From positions 248,001-312,000 of the forward strand of contig OZ024759.1 of NCBI GenBank assembly GCA_964016885.1: a stretch of DNA of 64,000 bases. Direction: 5' to 3'. Shown one piece after another: positions 1-16,900 of this stretch. The stretch's first letter is position 1; the number at the start of each line of letters is the position of its first letter. The position numbers and the translations under genes were made by a program. Below the pieces are notes generated by a model. It saw nothing but the letters and a program-made list of their open reading frames with translations. It did not search any database and had not been told where the DNA came from. The stretch comes from Eledone cirrhosa (Eukaryota).

Positions 1-3000
1 GTCTATATTAGTAACATGACAGTCTATATTGTAACATGACACAGTCTATATTAGTAACATGACACAGTCTATATTAGTAACATGACAGTCTATATTAGTA
101 ACATGACAAAGTCTATATTAGTAACATGACAATGTCTATATTAGTAACATGACAAAGTCTATATTAGTAACATGACAAAGTCTATATTAGTAGCATGACA
201 CAGTCTATATTAGTAACATGACAAAGTCTATATTAGTAACATGACACAGTCTATATTAGTAACATGACAAAGTCTATATTAGTAACATGACAAAGTCTAT
301 ATTAGTAGCATGACACAGTCTATATTAGTAACATGACACAGTCTATATTAGTAACATGACAGTCTATATTAGTAACATAACAAAGTCTATATTAGTAGCA
401 TGAAAAAGTCTATATTAGTAACATGACACTGTCTATATTAGTAACATGACAGTCTATATTAGTAACATGACACAGTCTATATTAGTAACATGACAAAGTC
501 TATATTAGTAGCATGAGAAAGTCTATATTAGTAACATGACAGTCTATATTAGTAACATGACAAAGTCTATATTAGTAGCATGACAAAGTCTATATTTGTA
601 GCATGACACAGTCTATATTAGTAACATGACACAGTCTATATTAGTAACATGACACAGTCTATATTAGTAACATGACAAAGTCTATATTAGTAGCATGACA
701 AAGTCTATATTAGTAACATGACAAAGTCTATATTAGTAACATGACACAGTCTATATTAGTAACATGACAAAGTCTATATTAGTAACATGACACAGTCTAT
801 ATTAGTAACATGACAGTCTATATTAGTAACATGACAAAGTCTATATTAGTAGCATGACAAAGTCTATATTAGTAACATGACACAGTCTATATTAGTAACA
901 TGACATAGACTATATTAGTAACATGACAAAGTCTATATTAGTAACATGACAAAGTCTATATTAGTAACATGACAGTCTATATTGTAACATGACACAGTCT
1001 ATATTAGTAACATGACACAGTCTATATTAGTAACATGACAAAGTCTATATTAGTAACATGACACAGTCTATATTAGTAACATGACAAAGTCTATATTAGT
1101 AACATGACAGTCTATATTAGTAACATGACAGTCTATATTAGTAACATGACAAAGTCTATATTAGTAACATGACATAGACTATATTATTAACATGACAAAG
1201 TCTATATTAGTAACATGACAAAGTCTATATTAGTAACATGACAGTCTATATTGTAACATGACACAGTCTATATTAGTAACATGACAAAGTCTATATTAGT
1301 AACATGACAGTCTATATTAGTAACATGATAGTCTATATTAGTAGCATGACAAAGTCTATATTAGTAACATGACACAGTCTATATTAGTAACATGACACAG
1401 TCTATATTAGTAACATGACAAAGTCTATATTAGTAGCATGACAAAGTCTATATTAGTAACATGACACAGTCTATATTAGTAACATGACACAGTCTATATT
1501 AGTAACATGACAAAGTCTATATTAGTAACATGACAGTCTATATTAGTAACATGACAGTCCATATTAGTAGCATGACAAAGTCTATATTAGTAACATGACA
1601 AAGTCTATATTAGTAACATGACACAGTCTATATTAGTAACATGACACAGTCTATATTAGTAACATGACACAGTCTATATTAGTAACATGACAAAGTCTAT
1701 ATTAGTAACATGGCAAAGTCTATATTAGTAACATGACAAAGTCTATATGAGTAACATGACAAGGTCTATATTAGTAACATGACAAAGTCTATATTAGTAA
1801 CATGATAAAGTCTATATTAGTAACATGACAAAGTCTATATTAGTAACATGACAGTGTATATTAGTAACATGACAGTCTATATTAGTAGCATGACAAAGTC
1901 TATATTAGTAACATGACACAGTCTATATTAGTAACATGACAAAGTCTATATTAGTACCATGACAAAGTCTATATTAGTAACATGACAAAGTCTATATTAG
2001 TAACATGACAAAGTCTATATTAGTAACATGACAGTCTATATTAGTAACATGACAGTCCACATTAGTAGCATGACAAAGTCTATATTAGTAACATGACAAA
2101 GTCTATATTAGTAACATGACACAGTCTATATTAGTAACATGACACAGTCTATATTAGTAACATGATACAGTCTATATTAGTAACATGACAAAGTCTATAT
2201 TAGTAACATGGCAAAGTCTATATTAGTAACATGACAAAGTCTATATGAGTAATATGACAAGGTCTATATTAGTAACATGACACAGTCTATATTAGTAACA
2301 TGACAAAGTCTATATTAGTAACATGACAGTCTATATTAGTAACATGACAAAGTCTATATTAGTAACATGACAAAGTCTATATTAGTAACATGACAGTCTA
2401 TATTAATAACATGACACAGTCTATATTAGTAACATGACACAGTCTATATTAGTAACATGACATAGACTATATTAGTAACATGACAAAGTCTATATTAGTA
2501 ACATGACAGTCTATATTAGTAACATGACAAAGTCTATATTAGTAACATGACACAGTCTATATTAGTAACATGACAAAGTCTCTATTAGTAACATGACAAA
2601 GTCTATATTAGTAACATGACAGTCTATATTAGTAACATGACAAAGTCTCTATTAGTAACATGACAAAGTCTATATTAGTAACATGACAGTCTATATTAGT
2701 AACATGACAAAGTCTATATTAGTAACATGACAAAGTCTATATTAGTAACATGACAAAGTCTATATTAGTAACATGACAAAGTCTATATTAGTAGCATGAC
2801 ACAGTCTATATTAGTAACATGACAAAGTCTATATTAGTAACATGACACAGTCTATATTAGTAACATGACAAAGTCTATATTAGTAACATGACAAAGTCTA
2901 TATTAGTAGCATGATACAGTCTATATTAGTAACATGACACAGTCTATATTAGTAACATGACAGTCTATATTAGTAACATGACAAAGTCTATATTAGTAGC

Positions 3001-6000
3001 ATGACAAAATCTATATTAGTAACATGACACAGTCTATATTAGTAACATGACAGTCTATATTAGTAACATGACACAGTCTATATTAGTAACATGACAAAGT
3101 CTATATTAGTAGCATGACAAAGTCTATATTAGTAGCATGACACAGTCTATATTAGTAACATGACACAGTCTATATGAGTAACATGACAAGGTCTATATTA
3201 GTAACATGACACAGTCTATATTAGTAACATGACAAAGTCTATATTAGTAACATGACAGTCTATATTAGTAACATGACAAAGTCTATATTAGTAACATGAC
3301 AAAGTCTATATTAGTAACATGACAGTCTATATTAGTAACATGACACAGTCTATATTAGTAACATGACACAGTCTATATTAGTAACATGACATAGACTATA
3401 TTAGTAACATGACAAAGTCTATATTAGTAACATGACAGTCTATATTAGTAACATGACAAAGTCTATATTAGTAACATGACACAGTCTATATTAGTAACAT
3501 GACAAAGTCTCTATTAGTAACATGACAAAGTCTATATTAGTAACATGACAGTCTATATTAGTAACATGACAAAGTCTCTATTAGTAACATGACAAAGACT
3601 ATATTAGTAACATGACAGTCTATATTAGTAACATGACAAAGTCTATATTAGTAACATGACAGTCTATATTGTAACATGACACAGTCTATATTAGTAACAT
3701 GACACAGTCTATATTAGTAACATGACAGTCTATATTAGTAACATGACAAAGTCTATATTAGTAACATGACAATGTCTATATTAGTAACATGACAAAGTCT
3801 ATATTAGTAACATGACAAAGTCTATATTAGTAGCATGACACAGTCTATATTAGTAACATGACAAAGTCTATATTAGTAACATGACACAGTCTATATTAGT
3901 AACATGACAAAGTCTATATTAGTAACATGACAAAGTCTATATTAGTAGCATGACACAGTCTATATTAGTAACATGACACAGTCTATATTAGTAACATGAC
4001 AGTCTATATTAGTAACATAACAAAGTCTATATTAGTAGCATGAAAAAGTCTATATTAGTAACATGACACTGTCTATATTAGTAACATGACAGTCTATATT
4101 AGTAACATGACACAGTCTATATTAGTAACATGACAAAGTCTATATTAGTAGCATGAGAAAGTCTATATTAGTAACATGACAGTCTATATTAGTAACATGA
4201 CAAAGTCTATATTAGTAGCATGACAAAGTCTATATTTGTAGCATGACACAGTCTATATTAGTAACATGACACAGTCTATATTAGTAACATGACACAGTCT
4301 ATATTAGTAACATGACAAAGTCTATATTAGTAGCATGACAAAGTCTATATTAGTAACATGACAAAGTCTATATTAGTAACATGACACAGTCTATATTAGT
4401 AACATGACAAAGTCTATATTAGTAACATGACACAGTCTATATTAGTAACATGACAGTCTATATTAGTAACATGACAAAGTCTATATTAGTAGCATGACAA
4501 AGTCTATATTAGTAACATGACACAGTCTATATTAGTAACATGACATAGACTATATTAGTAACATGACAAAGTCTATATTAGTAACATGACAAAGTCTATA
4601 TTAGTAACATGACAGTCTATATTGTAACATGACACAGTCTATATTAGTAACATGACACAGTCTATATTAGTAACATGACAAAGTCTATATTAGTAACATG
4701 ACACAGTCTATATTAGTAACATGACAAAGTCTATATTAGTAACATGACAGTCTATATTAGTAACATGACAGTCTATATTAGTAACATGACAAAGTCTATA
4801 TTAGTAACATGACATAGACTATATTATTAACATGACAAAGTCTATATTAGTAACATGACAAAGTCTATATTAGTAACATGACAGTCTATATTGTAACATG
4901 ACACAGTCTATATTAGTAACATGACAAAGTCTATATTAGTAACATGACAGTCTATATTAGTAACATGATAGTCTATATTAGTAGCATGACAAAGTCTATA
5001 TTAGTAACATGACACAGTCTATATTAGTAACATGACACAGTCTATATTAGTAACATGACAAAGTCTATATTAGTAGCATGACAAAGTCTATATTAGTAAC
5101 ATGACACAGTCTATATTAGTAACATGACACAGTCTATATTAGTAACATGACAAAGTCTATATTAGTAACATGACAGTCTATATTAGTAACATGACAGTCC
5201 ATATTAGTAGCATGACAAAGTCTATATTAGTAACATGACAAAGTCTATATTAGTAACATGACACAGTCTATATTAGTAACATGACACAGTCTATATTAGT
5301 AACATGACACAGTCTATATTAGTAACATGACAAAGTCTATATTAGTAACATGGCAAAGTCTATATTAGTAACATGACAAAGTCTATATGAGTAACATGAC
5401 AAGGTCTATATTAGTAACATGACAAAGTCTATATTAGTAACATGATAAAGTCTATATTAGTAACATGACAAAGTCTATATTAGTAACATGACAGTGTATA
5501 TTAGTAACATGACAGTCTATATTAGTAGCATGACAAAGTCTATATTAGTAACATGACACAGTCTATATTAGTAACATGACAAAGTCTATATTAGTACCAT
5601 GACAAAGTCTATATTAGTAACATGACAAAGTCTATATTAGTAACATGACAAAGTCTATATTAGTAACATGACAGTCTATATTAGTAACATGACAGTCCAC
5701 ATTAGTAGCATGACAAAGTCTATATTAGTAACATGACAAAGTCTATATTAGTAACATGACACAGTCTATATTAGTAACATGACACAGTCTATATTAGTAA
5801 CATGATACAGTCTATATTAGTAACATGACAAAGTCTATATTAGTAACATGGCAAAGTCTATATTAGTAACATGACAAAGTCTATATGAGTAATATGACAA
5901 GGTCTATATTAGTAACATGACACAGTCTATATTAGTAACATGACAAAGTCTATATTAGTAACATGACAGTCTATATTAGTAACATGACAAAGTCTATATT

Positions 6001-6815
6001 AGTAACATGACAAAGTCTATATTAGTAACATGACAGTCTATATTAATAACATGACACAGTCTATATTAGTAACATGACACAGTCTATATTAGTAACATGA
6101 CATAGACTATATTAGTAACATGACAAAGTCTATATTAGTAACATGACAGTCTATATTAGTAACATGACAAAGTCTATATTAGTAACATGACACAGTCTAT
6201 ATTAGTAACATGACAAAGTCTCTATTAGTAACATGACAAAGTCTATATTAGTAACATGACAGTCTATATTAGTAACATGACAAAGTCTCTATTAGTAACA
6301 TGACAAAGTCTATATTAGTAACATGACAGTCTATATTAGTAACATGACAAAGTCTATATTAGTAACATGACAAAGTCTATATTAGTAACATGACAAAGTC
6401 TATATTAGTAACATGACAAAGTCTATATTAGTAGCATGACACAGTCTATATTAGTAACATGACAAAGTCTATATTAGTAACATGACACAGTCTATATTAG
6501 TAACATGACAAAGTCTATATTAGTAACATGACAAAGTCTATATTAGTAGCATGATACAGTCTATATTAGTAACATGACACAGTCTATATTAGTAACATGA
6601 CAGTCTATATTAGTAACATGACAAAGTCTATATTAGTAGCATGACAAAATCTATATTAGTAACATGACACAGTCTATATTAGTAACATGACAGTCTATAT
6701 TAGTAACATGACACAGTCTATATTAGTAACATGACAAAGTCTATATTAGTAGCATGACAAAGTCTATATTAGTAGCATGACACAGTCTATATTAGTAACA
6801 TGACACAGTCTATAT
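1..6815. repeat. Higher-order duplication: 1-3175 repeated at 3641-6815 (offset 3640 bp)
   Basis: The rare marker AGTAACATAA is at 371-380 and 4011-4020. The window start is reproduced at 3641. The copies diverge at 3176 (TATATG) vs 6816 (TATATT). Confidence 0.9.
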
Positions 6816-7941
6816 TAGTAACATGACACAGTCTATATTAGTAACATGACAAAGTCTATATTAGTAGCATGACAAAGTCTATATTAGTAACATGACAAAG
6901 TCTATATTAGTAACATGACACAGTCTATATTAGTAACATGACAAAGTCTATATTAGTAACATGACAAAGTCTATATTAGTAACATGACACGGTCTATATT
7001 AGTAACATTACAAAGTCTATATTAGTAACGTGACACTGTCTATATTAGTCACTTGACAAAGTCTATATTAGTAACATGACACAGTCTATATTAGTAACAT
7101 GACACAGTCTATATTAGTAACATGACAAAGTCTATATTAGTAGCATGACAAAGTCTATATTAGTAACATGACAAAGTCTATATTATTAACATGACAAAGT
7201 CTATATTAGTAACATGACACTGTCTATATTAGTAACATGACACTGTCTATATTAGTAACATGACACAGTCTATATTAGTAACATGGCAAAGTCTATATTA
7301 GTAACATGGCAAAGTCTATATTAGTAACATGACAAAGTCTATATTAGAAACATGACTAGGTCTATATTAGTAACATGACACAGTCTATATTAGTAACATG
7401 ACAAAGTCTATATTAGTAACATGACAGTCTATATTAGTAACGTGACAAAGTCTATATTAGTAACATGACAAAGTCTATATTAGTAACATGACAGTCTATA
7501 TTAGTAACATGACACAGTCTATATTAGTAACATGACACGGTCTATATTAGTAACATGACAAAGTCTATATTAGTAACATGACACAGTCTATATTAGTAAC
7601 ATGACACAGTCTATATTAGTAACATGACATAGACTATATTAGTAACATGACAAAGTCTATATTAGTAACATGACAGTCTATATTAGTAACATGACAAAGT
7701 CTATATTAGTAACATGACACAGTCTATATTAGTAACATGACAAAGTCTCTATTAGTAACATGACAAAGTCTATATTAGTAACATGACGGTCTATATTAGT
7801 AACATGACAAAGTCTCTATTAGTAACATGACAAAGACTATATTAGTAACGTGACAGTCTATATTAGTAACATGACAAAGTCTATATTAGTAACATGACAG
7901 TCTATATTGTAACATGACACAGTCTATATTAGTAACATGAC

Positions 7942-10900
7942 ACAGTCTATATTAGTAACATGACAGTCTATATTAGTAACATGACAAAGTCTATATTAGT
8001 AACATGACAATGTCTATATTAGTAACATGACAAAGTCTATATTAGTAACATGACAAAGTCTATATTAGTAGCATGACACAGTCTATATTAGTAACATGAC
8101 AAAGTCTATATTAGTAACATGACACAGTCTATATTAGTAACATGACAAAGTCTATATTAGTAACATGACAAAGTCTATATTAGTAGCATGACACAGTCTA
8201 TATTAGTAACATGACAGTCTATATTAGTAACATGACAAAGTCTATATTAGTAGCATGACAAAGTCTATATTAGTAACATGACACAGTCTATATTAGTAAC
8301 ATGACAGTCTATATTAGTAACATGACACAGTCTATATTAGTAACATGACAAAGTCTATATTAGTAACATGACACAGTCTATATTAGTAACATGACAGTCT
8401 ATATTAGTAACATGACACAGTCTATATTAGTAACATGACACAGTCTATATTAGTAACATGACAGTCTATATTAGTAACATGACAAAGTCTATATTAGTAA
8501 CATGACAATGTCTATATTAGTAACATGACAAAGTCTATATTAGTAACATGACAAAGTCTATATTAGTAGCATGACACAGTCTATATTAGTAACATGACAA
8601 AGTCTATATTAGTAACATGACACAGTCTATATTAGTAACATGACAAAGTCTATATTAGTAGCATGACAAAGTCTATATTTGTAGCATGACACAGTCTATA
8701 TTAGTAACATGACACAGTCTATATTAGTAACATGACACAGTCTATATTAGTAACATGACAAAGTCTATATTAGTAGCATGACAAAGTCTATATTAGTAAC
8801 ATGACAAAGTCTATATTAGTAACATGACACAGTCTATATTAGTAACATGACAAAGTCTATATTAGTAACATGACACAGTCTATATTAGTAACATGACAGT
8901 CTATATTAGTAACATGACAAAGTCTATATTAGTAGCATGACAAAGTCTATATTAGTAACATGACACAGTCTATATTAGTAACATTACATAGACTATATTA
9001 GTAACATGACAAAGTCTATATTAGTAACATGACAAAGTCTATATTAGTAACATGACAGTCTATATTGTAACATGACACAGTCTATATTAGTAACATGACA
9101 CAGTCTATATTAGTAACATGACAAAGTCTATATTAGTAACATGACACAGTCTATATTAGTAACATGACAGTCTATATTAGTAACATGACAAAGTCTATAT
9201 TAGTAACATGACATAGACTATATTAGTAACATGACAAAGTCTATATTAGTAACATGACAAAGTCTATATTAGTAACATGACAGTCTATATTGTAACATGA
9301 CACAGTCTATATTAGTAACATGGCAATGTCTATATTAGTAACATGACAAAGTCTATATTAGTAACATGGCAAAGTCTAAATTAGTAACATGACAAAGTCT
9401 ATATTAGTAACATGTCAAGGTCTATATTAGTAACATGACAAAGTCTATATTAGTAACATGACAAAGTCTATATTAGTAACATGACAGTCTATATTAGTAA
9501 CATGACAAAGTCTATATTAGTAACATGACAGTTTATATTAGTAACATGATAGTCTATATTAGTAGCATGACAAAGTCTATATTAGTAACATGACACAGTC
9601 TATATTAGTAACATGACACAGTCTATATTAGTAACATGACAAAGTCTATATTAGTAGCATGACAAAGTCTATATTAGTAACATGACACAGTCTATATTAG
9701 TAACATGACACAGTCTATATTAGTAACATGACAAAGTCTATATTAGTAACATGCCAGTCTATATTAGTAACATGACAAAATCTATATTAGTACCATGACA
9801 AAGTCTATATTAGTAACATGACAAAGTCTATATTAGTAACATGACAAAGTCTATATTAGTAACATGACAGTCTATATTAGTAACATGACAGTCCATATTA
9901 GTAGCATGACAAAGTCTATATTAGTAACATGACAAAGTCTATATTAGTAACATGACACAGTCTATATTAGTAACATGACACAGTCTATATTAGTAACATG
10001 ACACAGTCTATATTAGTAACATGACAAAGTCTATATTAGTAACATGGCAAAGTCTATATTAGTAACATGACAAAGTCTATATGAGTAACATGACAAGGTC
10101 TATATTAGTAACATGACAAACTCTATATTAGTAACATGATAAAGTCTATATTAGTAACATGACAAAGTCTATATTAGTAACATGACAGTGTATATTAGTA
10201 ACATGACAGTCTATATTAGTAGCATGACAAAGTCTATATTAGTAACATGACACAGTCTATATTAGTAACATGACAAAGTCTATATTAGTACCATGACAAA
10301 GTCTATATTAGTAACATGACAAAGTCTATATTAGTAACATGACAAAGTCTATATTAGTAACATGACAGTCTATATTAGTAACATGACAGTCCATATTAGT
10401 AGCATGACAAAGTCTATATTAGTAACATGACAAAGTCTATATTAGTAACATGACACAGTCTATATTAGTAACATGACACAGTCTATATTAGTAACATGAT
10501 ACAGTCTATATTAGTAACATGACAAAGTCTATATTAGTAACATGGCAAAGTCTATATTAGTAACATGACAAAGTCTATATGAGTAATATGACAAGGTCTA
10601 TATTAGTAACATGACACAGTCTATATTAGTAACATGACAAAGTCTATATTAGTAACATGACAGTCTATATTAGTAACATGACAAAGTCTATATTAGTAAC
10701 ATGACAAAGTCTATATTAGTAACACGACAGTCTATATTAATAACATGACACAGTCTATATTAGTAACATGACACAGTCTATATTAGTAACATGACATAGA
10801 CTATATTAGTAACATGACAAAGTCTATATTAGTAACATGACAGTCTATATTAGTAACATGACAAAGTCCATATTAGTAACATGACACAGTCTATATTAGT

Positions 10901-13900
10901 AACATGACAAAGTCTCTATTAGTAACATGACAAAGTCTATATTAGTAACATGACAGTCTATATTAGTAACATGACAAAGTCTCTATTAGTAACATGACAA
11001 AGTCTATATTAGTAACATGACAGTCTATATTAGTAACATGACAAAGTCTATATTAGTAACATGACAAAGTCTATATTAGTAACATGACAAAGTCTATATT
11101 AGTAACATGACAAAGTCTATATTAGTAGCATGACACAGTCTATATTAGTAACATGACAAAGTCTATATTAGTAACATGACACAGTCTATATTAGTAACAT
11201 GACAAAGTCTATATTAGTAACATGACAAAGTCTATATTAGTAGCATGATACAGTCTATATTAGTAACATGACACAGTCTATATTAGTAACATGACAGTCT
11301 ATATTAGTAACATGACAAAGTCTATATTAGTAGCATGACAAAATCTATAATAGTAACATGACACAGTCTATATTAGTAACATGACAGTCTATATTAGTAA
11401 CATGACACAGTCTATATTAGTAACATGACAAAGTCTATATTAGTAGCATGACAAAGTCTATATTAGTAGCATGACACAGTCTATATTAGTAACATGACAC
11501 AGTCTATATTAGTAACATGACACAGTCTATATTAGTAACATGACAAAGTCTATATTAGTAGCATGACAAAGTCTATATTAGTAACATGACAAAGTCTATA
11601 TTAGTAACATGACACAGTCTATATTAGTAACATGACAAAGTCTATATTAGTAACATGACAAAGTCTATATTAGTAACATGACACGGTCTATATTAGTAAC
11701 ATTACAAAGTCTATATTAGTAACGTGACACTGTCTATATTAGTCACTTGACAAAGTCTATATTAGTAACATGACACAGTCTATATTAGTAACATGACACA
11801 GTCTATATTAGTAACATGACAAAGTCTATATTAGTAGCATGACAAAGTCTATATTAGTAACATGACAAAGTCTATATTATTAACATGACAAAGTCTATAT
11901 TAGTAACATGACACTGTCTATATTAGTAACATGACACTGTCTATATTAGTAACATGACACAGTCTATATTAGTAACATGGCAAAGTCTATATTAGTAACA
12001 TGGCAAAGTCTATATTAGTAACATGACAAAGTCTATATTAGAAACATGACTAGGTCTATATTAGTAACATGACACAGTCTATATTAGTAACATGACAGTC
12101 TATATTAGTAACGTGACAAAGTCTATATTAGTAACATGACAAAGTCTATATTAGTAACATGACAGTCTATATTAGTAACATGACACAGTCTATATTAGTA
12201 ACATGACACGGTCTATATTAGTAACATGACAAAGTCTATATTAGTAACATGACACAGTCTATATTAGTAACATGACACAGTCTATATTAGTAACATGACA
12301 TAGACTATATTAGTAACATGACAAAGTCTATATTAGTAACATGACAGTCTATATTAGTAACATGACAAAGTCTATATTAGTAACATGACACAGTCTATAT
12401 TAGTAACATGACAAAGTCTCTATTAGTAACATGACAAAGTCTATATTAGTAACATGACAGTCTATATTAGTAACATGACAAAGTCTCTATTAGTAACATG
12501 ACAAAGACTATATTAGTAACATGACAGTCTATATTAGTAACATGACAAAGTCTATATTAGTAACATGACAGTCTATATTGTAACATGACACAGTCTATAT
12601 TAGTAACATGACACAGTCTATATTAGTAACATGACATAGACTATATTAGTAACATGAAAAAGTCTATATTAGTAACATGACAAAGTCTATATTAGTAACA
12701 TGACAGTCTATATTGTAACATGACACAGTCTATATTAGTAACATGGCAATGTCTATATTAGTAACATGACAAAGTCTATATTAGTAACATGGCAAAGTCT
12801 AAATTAGTAACATGACAAAGTCTATATTAGTAACATGTCAAGGTCTATATTAGTAACATGACAAAGTCTATATTAGTAACATGACAAAGTCTATATTAGT
12901 AACATGACAGTCTATATTAGTAACATGACAAAGTCTATATTAGTAACATGACAGTTTATATTAGTAACATGATAGTCTATATTAGTAGCATGACAAAGTC
13001 TATATTAGTAACATGACACAGTCTATATTAGTAACATGACACAGTCTATATTAGTAACATGACAAAGTCTATATTAGTAGCATGACAAAGTCTATATTAG
13101 TAACATGACACAGTCTATATTAGTAACATGACACAGTCTATATTAGTAACATGACAAAGTCTATATTAGTAACATGCCAGTCTATATTAGTAACATGACA
13201 AAATCTATATTAGTACCATGACAAAGTCTATATTAGTAACATGACAAAGTCTATATTAGTAACATGACAAAGTCTATATTAGTAACATGACAGTCTATAT
13301 TAGTAACATGACAGTCCATATTAGTAGCATGACAAAGTCTATATTAGTAACATGACAAAGTCTATATTAGTAACATGACACAGTCTATATTAGTAACATG
13401 ACACAGTCTATATTAGTAACATGACACAGTCTATATTAGTAACATGACAAAGTCTATATTAGTAACATGGCAAAGTCTATATTAGTAACATGACAAAGTC
13501 TATATGAGTAACATGACAAGGTCTATATTAGTAACATGACAAACTCTATATTAGTAACATGATAAAGTCTATATTAGTAACATGACAAAGTCTATATTAG
13601 TAACATGACAGTGTATATTAGTAACATGACAGTCTATATTAGTAGCATGACAAAGTCTATATTAGTAACATGACACAGTCTATATTAGTAACATGACAAA
13701 GTCTATATTAGTACCATGACAAAGTCTATATTAGTAACATGACAAAGTCTATATTAGTAACATGACAAAGTCTATATTAGTAACATGACAGTCTATATTA
13801 GTAACATGACAGTCCATATTAGTAGCATGACAAAGTCTATATTAGTAACATGACAAAGTCTATATTAGTAACATGACACAGTCTATATTAGTAACATGAC

Positions 13901-16900
13901 ACAGTCTATATTAGTAACATGATACAGTCTATATTAGTAACATGACAAAGTCTATATTAGTAACATGGCAAAGTCTATATTAGTAACATGACAAAGTCTA
14001 TATGAGTAATATGACAAGGTCTATATTAGTAACATGACAAAGTCTATATTAGTAGCATGACACAGTCTATATTAGTAACATGACAAAGTCTATATTAGTA
14101 ACATGACACAGTCTATATTAGTAACATGACAAAGTCTATATTAGTAACATGACAAAGTCTATATTAGTAACATGACAAAGTCTATATTAGTAACATGACA
14201 GTCTATATTAGTAACATGACAGTCCATATTAGTAGCATGACAAAGTCTATATTAGTAACATGACAAAGTCTATATTAGTAACATGACACAGTCTATATTA
14301 GTAACATGACACAGTCTATATTAGTAACATGATACAGTCTATATTAGTAACATGACAGTCTATATTAGTAACATGACAAAGTCTATATTAGTAACATGAC
14401 AATGTCTATATTAGTAACATGACAAAGTCTATATTAGTAACATGACAAAGTCTATATTAGTAGCATGACACAGTCTATATTAGTAACATGACAAAGTCTA
14501 TATTAGTAACATGACACAGTCTATATTAGTAACATGACAAAGTCTATATTAGTAACATGACAAAGTCTATATTAGTAGCATGACACAGTCTATATTAGTA
14601 ACATGACAGTCTATATTAGTAACATGACAAAGTCTATATTAGTAGCATGACAAAGTCTATATTAGTAACATGACACAGTCTATATTATTAACATGACAGT
14701 CTATATTAGTAACATGACACAGTCTATATTAGTAACATGACAAAGTCTATATTAGTAACATGACACAGTCTATATTAGTAACATGACAGTCTATATTAGT
14801 AACATGACACAGTCTATATTAGTAACATGACACAGTCTATATTAGTAACATGACAGTCTATATTAGTAACATGACAAAGTCTATATTAGTAACATGACAA
14901 TGTCTATATTAGTAACATGACAAAGTCTATATTAGTAACATGACAAAGTCTATATTAGTAGCATGACACAGTCTATATTAGTAACATGACAAAGTCTATA
15001 TTAGTAACATGACACAGTCTATATTAGTAACATGACAAAGTCTATATTAGTAGCATGACAAAGTCTATATTTGTAGCATGACACAGTCTATATTAGTAAC
15101 ATGACACAGTCTATATTAGTAACATGACACAGTCTATATTAGTAACATGACAAAGTCTATATTAGTAGCATGACAAAGTCTATATTAGTAACATGACAAA
15201 GTCTATATTAGTAACATGACACAGTCTATATTAGTAACATGACAAAGTCTATATTAGTAACATGACACAGTCTATATTAGTAACATGACAGTCTATATTA
15301 GTAACATGACAAAGTCTATATTAGTAGCATGACAAAGTCTATATTAGTAACATGACACAGTCTATATTAGTAACATTACATAGACTATATTAGTAACATG
15401 ACAAAGTCTATATTAGTAACATGACAAAGTCTATATTAGTAACATGACAGTCTATATTGTAACATGACACAGTCTATATTAGTAACATGACACAGTCTAT
15501 ATTAGTAACATGACAAAGTCTATATTAGTAACATGACACAGTCTATATTAGTAACATGACAGTCTATATTAGTAACATGACAAAGTCTATATTAGTAACA
15601 TGACATAGACTATATTAGTAACATGACAAAGTCTATATTAGTAACATGACAAAGTCTATATTAGTAACATGACAGTCTATATTGTAACATGACACAGTCT
15701 ATATTAGTAACATGGCAATGTCTATATTAGTAACATGACAAAGTCTATATTAGTAACATGGCAAAGTCTAAATTAGTAACATGACAAAGTCTATATTAGT
15801 AACATGTCAAGGTCTATATTAGTAACATGACAAAGTCTATATTAGTAACATGACAAAGTCTATATTAGTAACATGACAGTCTATATTAGTAACATGACAA
15901 AGTCTATATTAGTAACATGACAGTTTATATTAGTAACATGATAGTCTATATTAGTAGCATGACAAAGTCTATATTAGTAACATGACACAGTCTATATTAG
16001 TAACATGACACAGTCTATATTAGTAACATGACAAAGTCTATATTAGTAGCATGACAAAGTCTATATTAGTAACATGACACAGTCTATATTAGTAACATGA
16101 CACAGTCTATATTAGTAACATGACAAAGTCTATATTAGTAACATGCCAGTCTATATTAGTAACATGACAAAATCTATATTAGTACCATGACAAAGTCTAT
16201 ATTAGTAACATGACAAAGTCTATATTAGTAACATGACAAAGTCTATATTAGTAACATGACAGTCTATATTAGTAACATGACAGTCCATATTAGTAGCATG
16301 ACAAAGTCTATATTAGTAACATGACAAAGTCTATATTAGTAACATGACACAGTCTATATTAGTAACATGACACAGTCTATATTAGTAACATGACACAGTC
16401 TATATTAGTAACATGACAAAGTCTATATTAGTAACATGGCAAAGTCTATATTAGTAACATGACAAAGTCTATATGAGTAACATGACAAGGTCTATATTAG
16501 TAACATGACAAACTCTATATTAGTAACATGATAAAGTCTATATTAGTAACATGACAAAGTCTATATTAGTAACATGACAGTGTATATTAGTAACATGACA
16601 GTCTATATTAGTAGCATGACAAAGTCTATATTAGTAACATGACACAGTCTATATTAGTAACATGACAAAGTCTATATTAGTACCATGACAAAGTCTATAT
16701 TAGTAACATGACAAAGTCTATATTAGTAACATGACAAAGTCTATATTAGTAACATGACAGTCTATATTAGTAACATGACAGTCCATATTAGTAGCATGAC
16801 AAAGTCTATATTAGTAACATGACAAAGTCTATATTAGTAACATGACACAGTCTATATTAGTAACATGACACAGTCTATATTAGTAACATGATACAGTCTA

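Noticed and set aside
1-7151. Tail of an earlier 35,891-bp unit (i.e. a copy of 35892-43042)
   Set aside because: The diagnostic variants of 39-43 kb (TACTAAC, TATGTTAG, TATTTTAG) are absent from 1-7151, so the 35.9-kb periodicity starts at ~7152.
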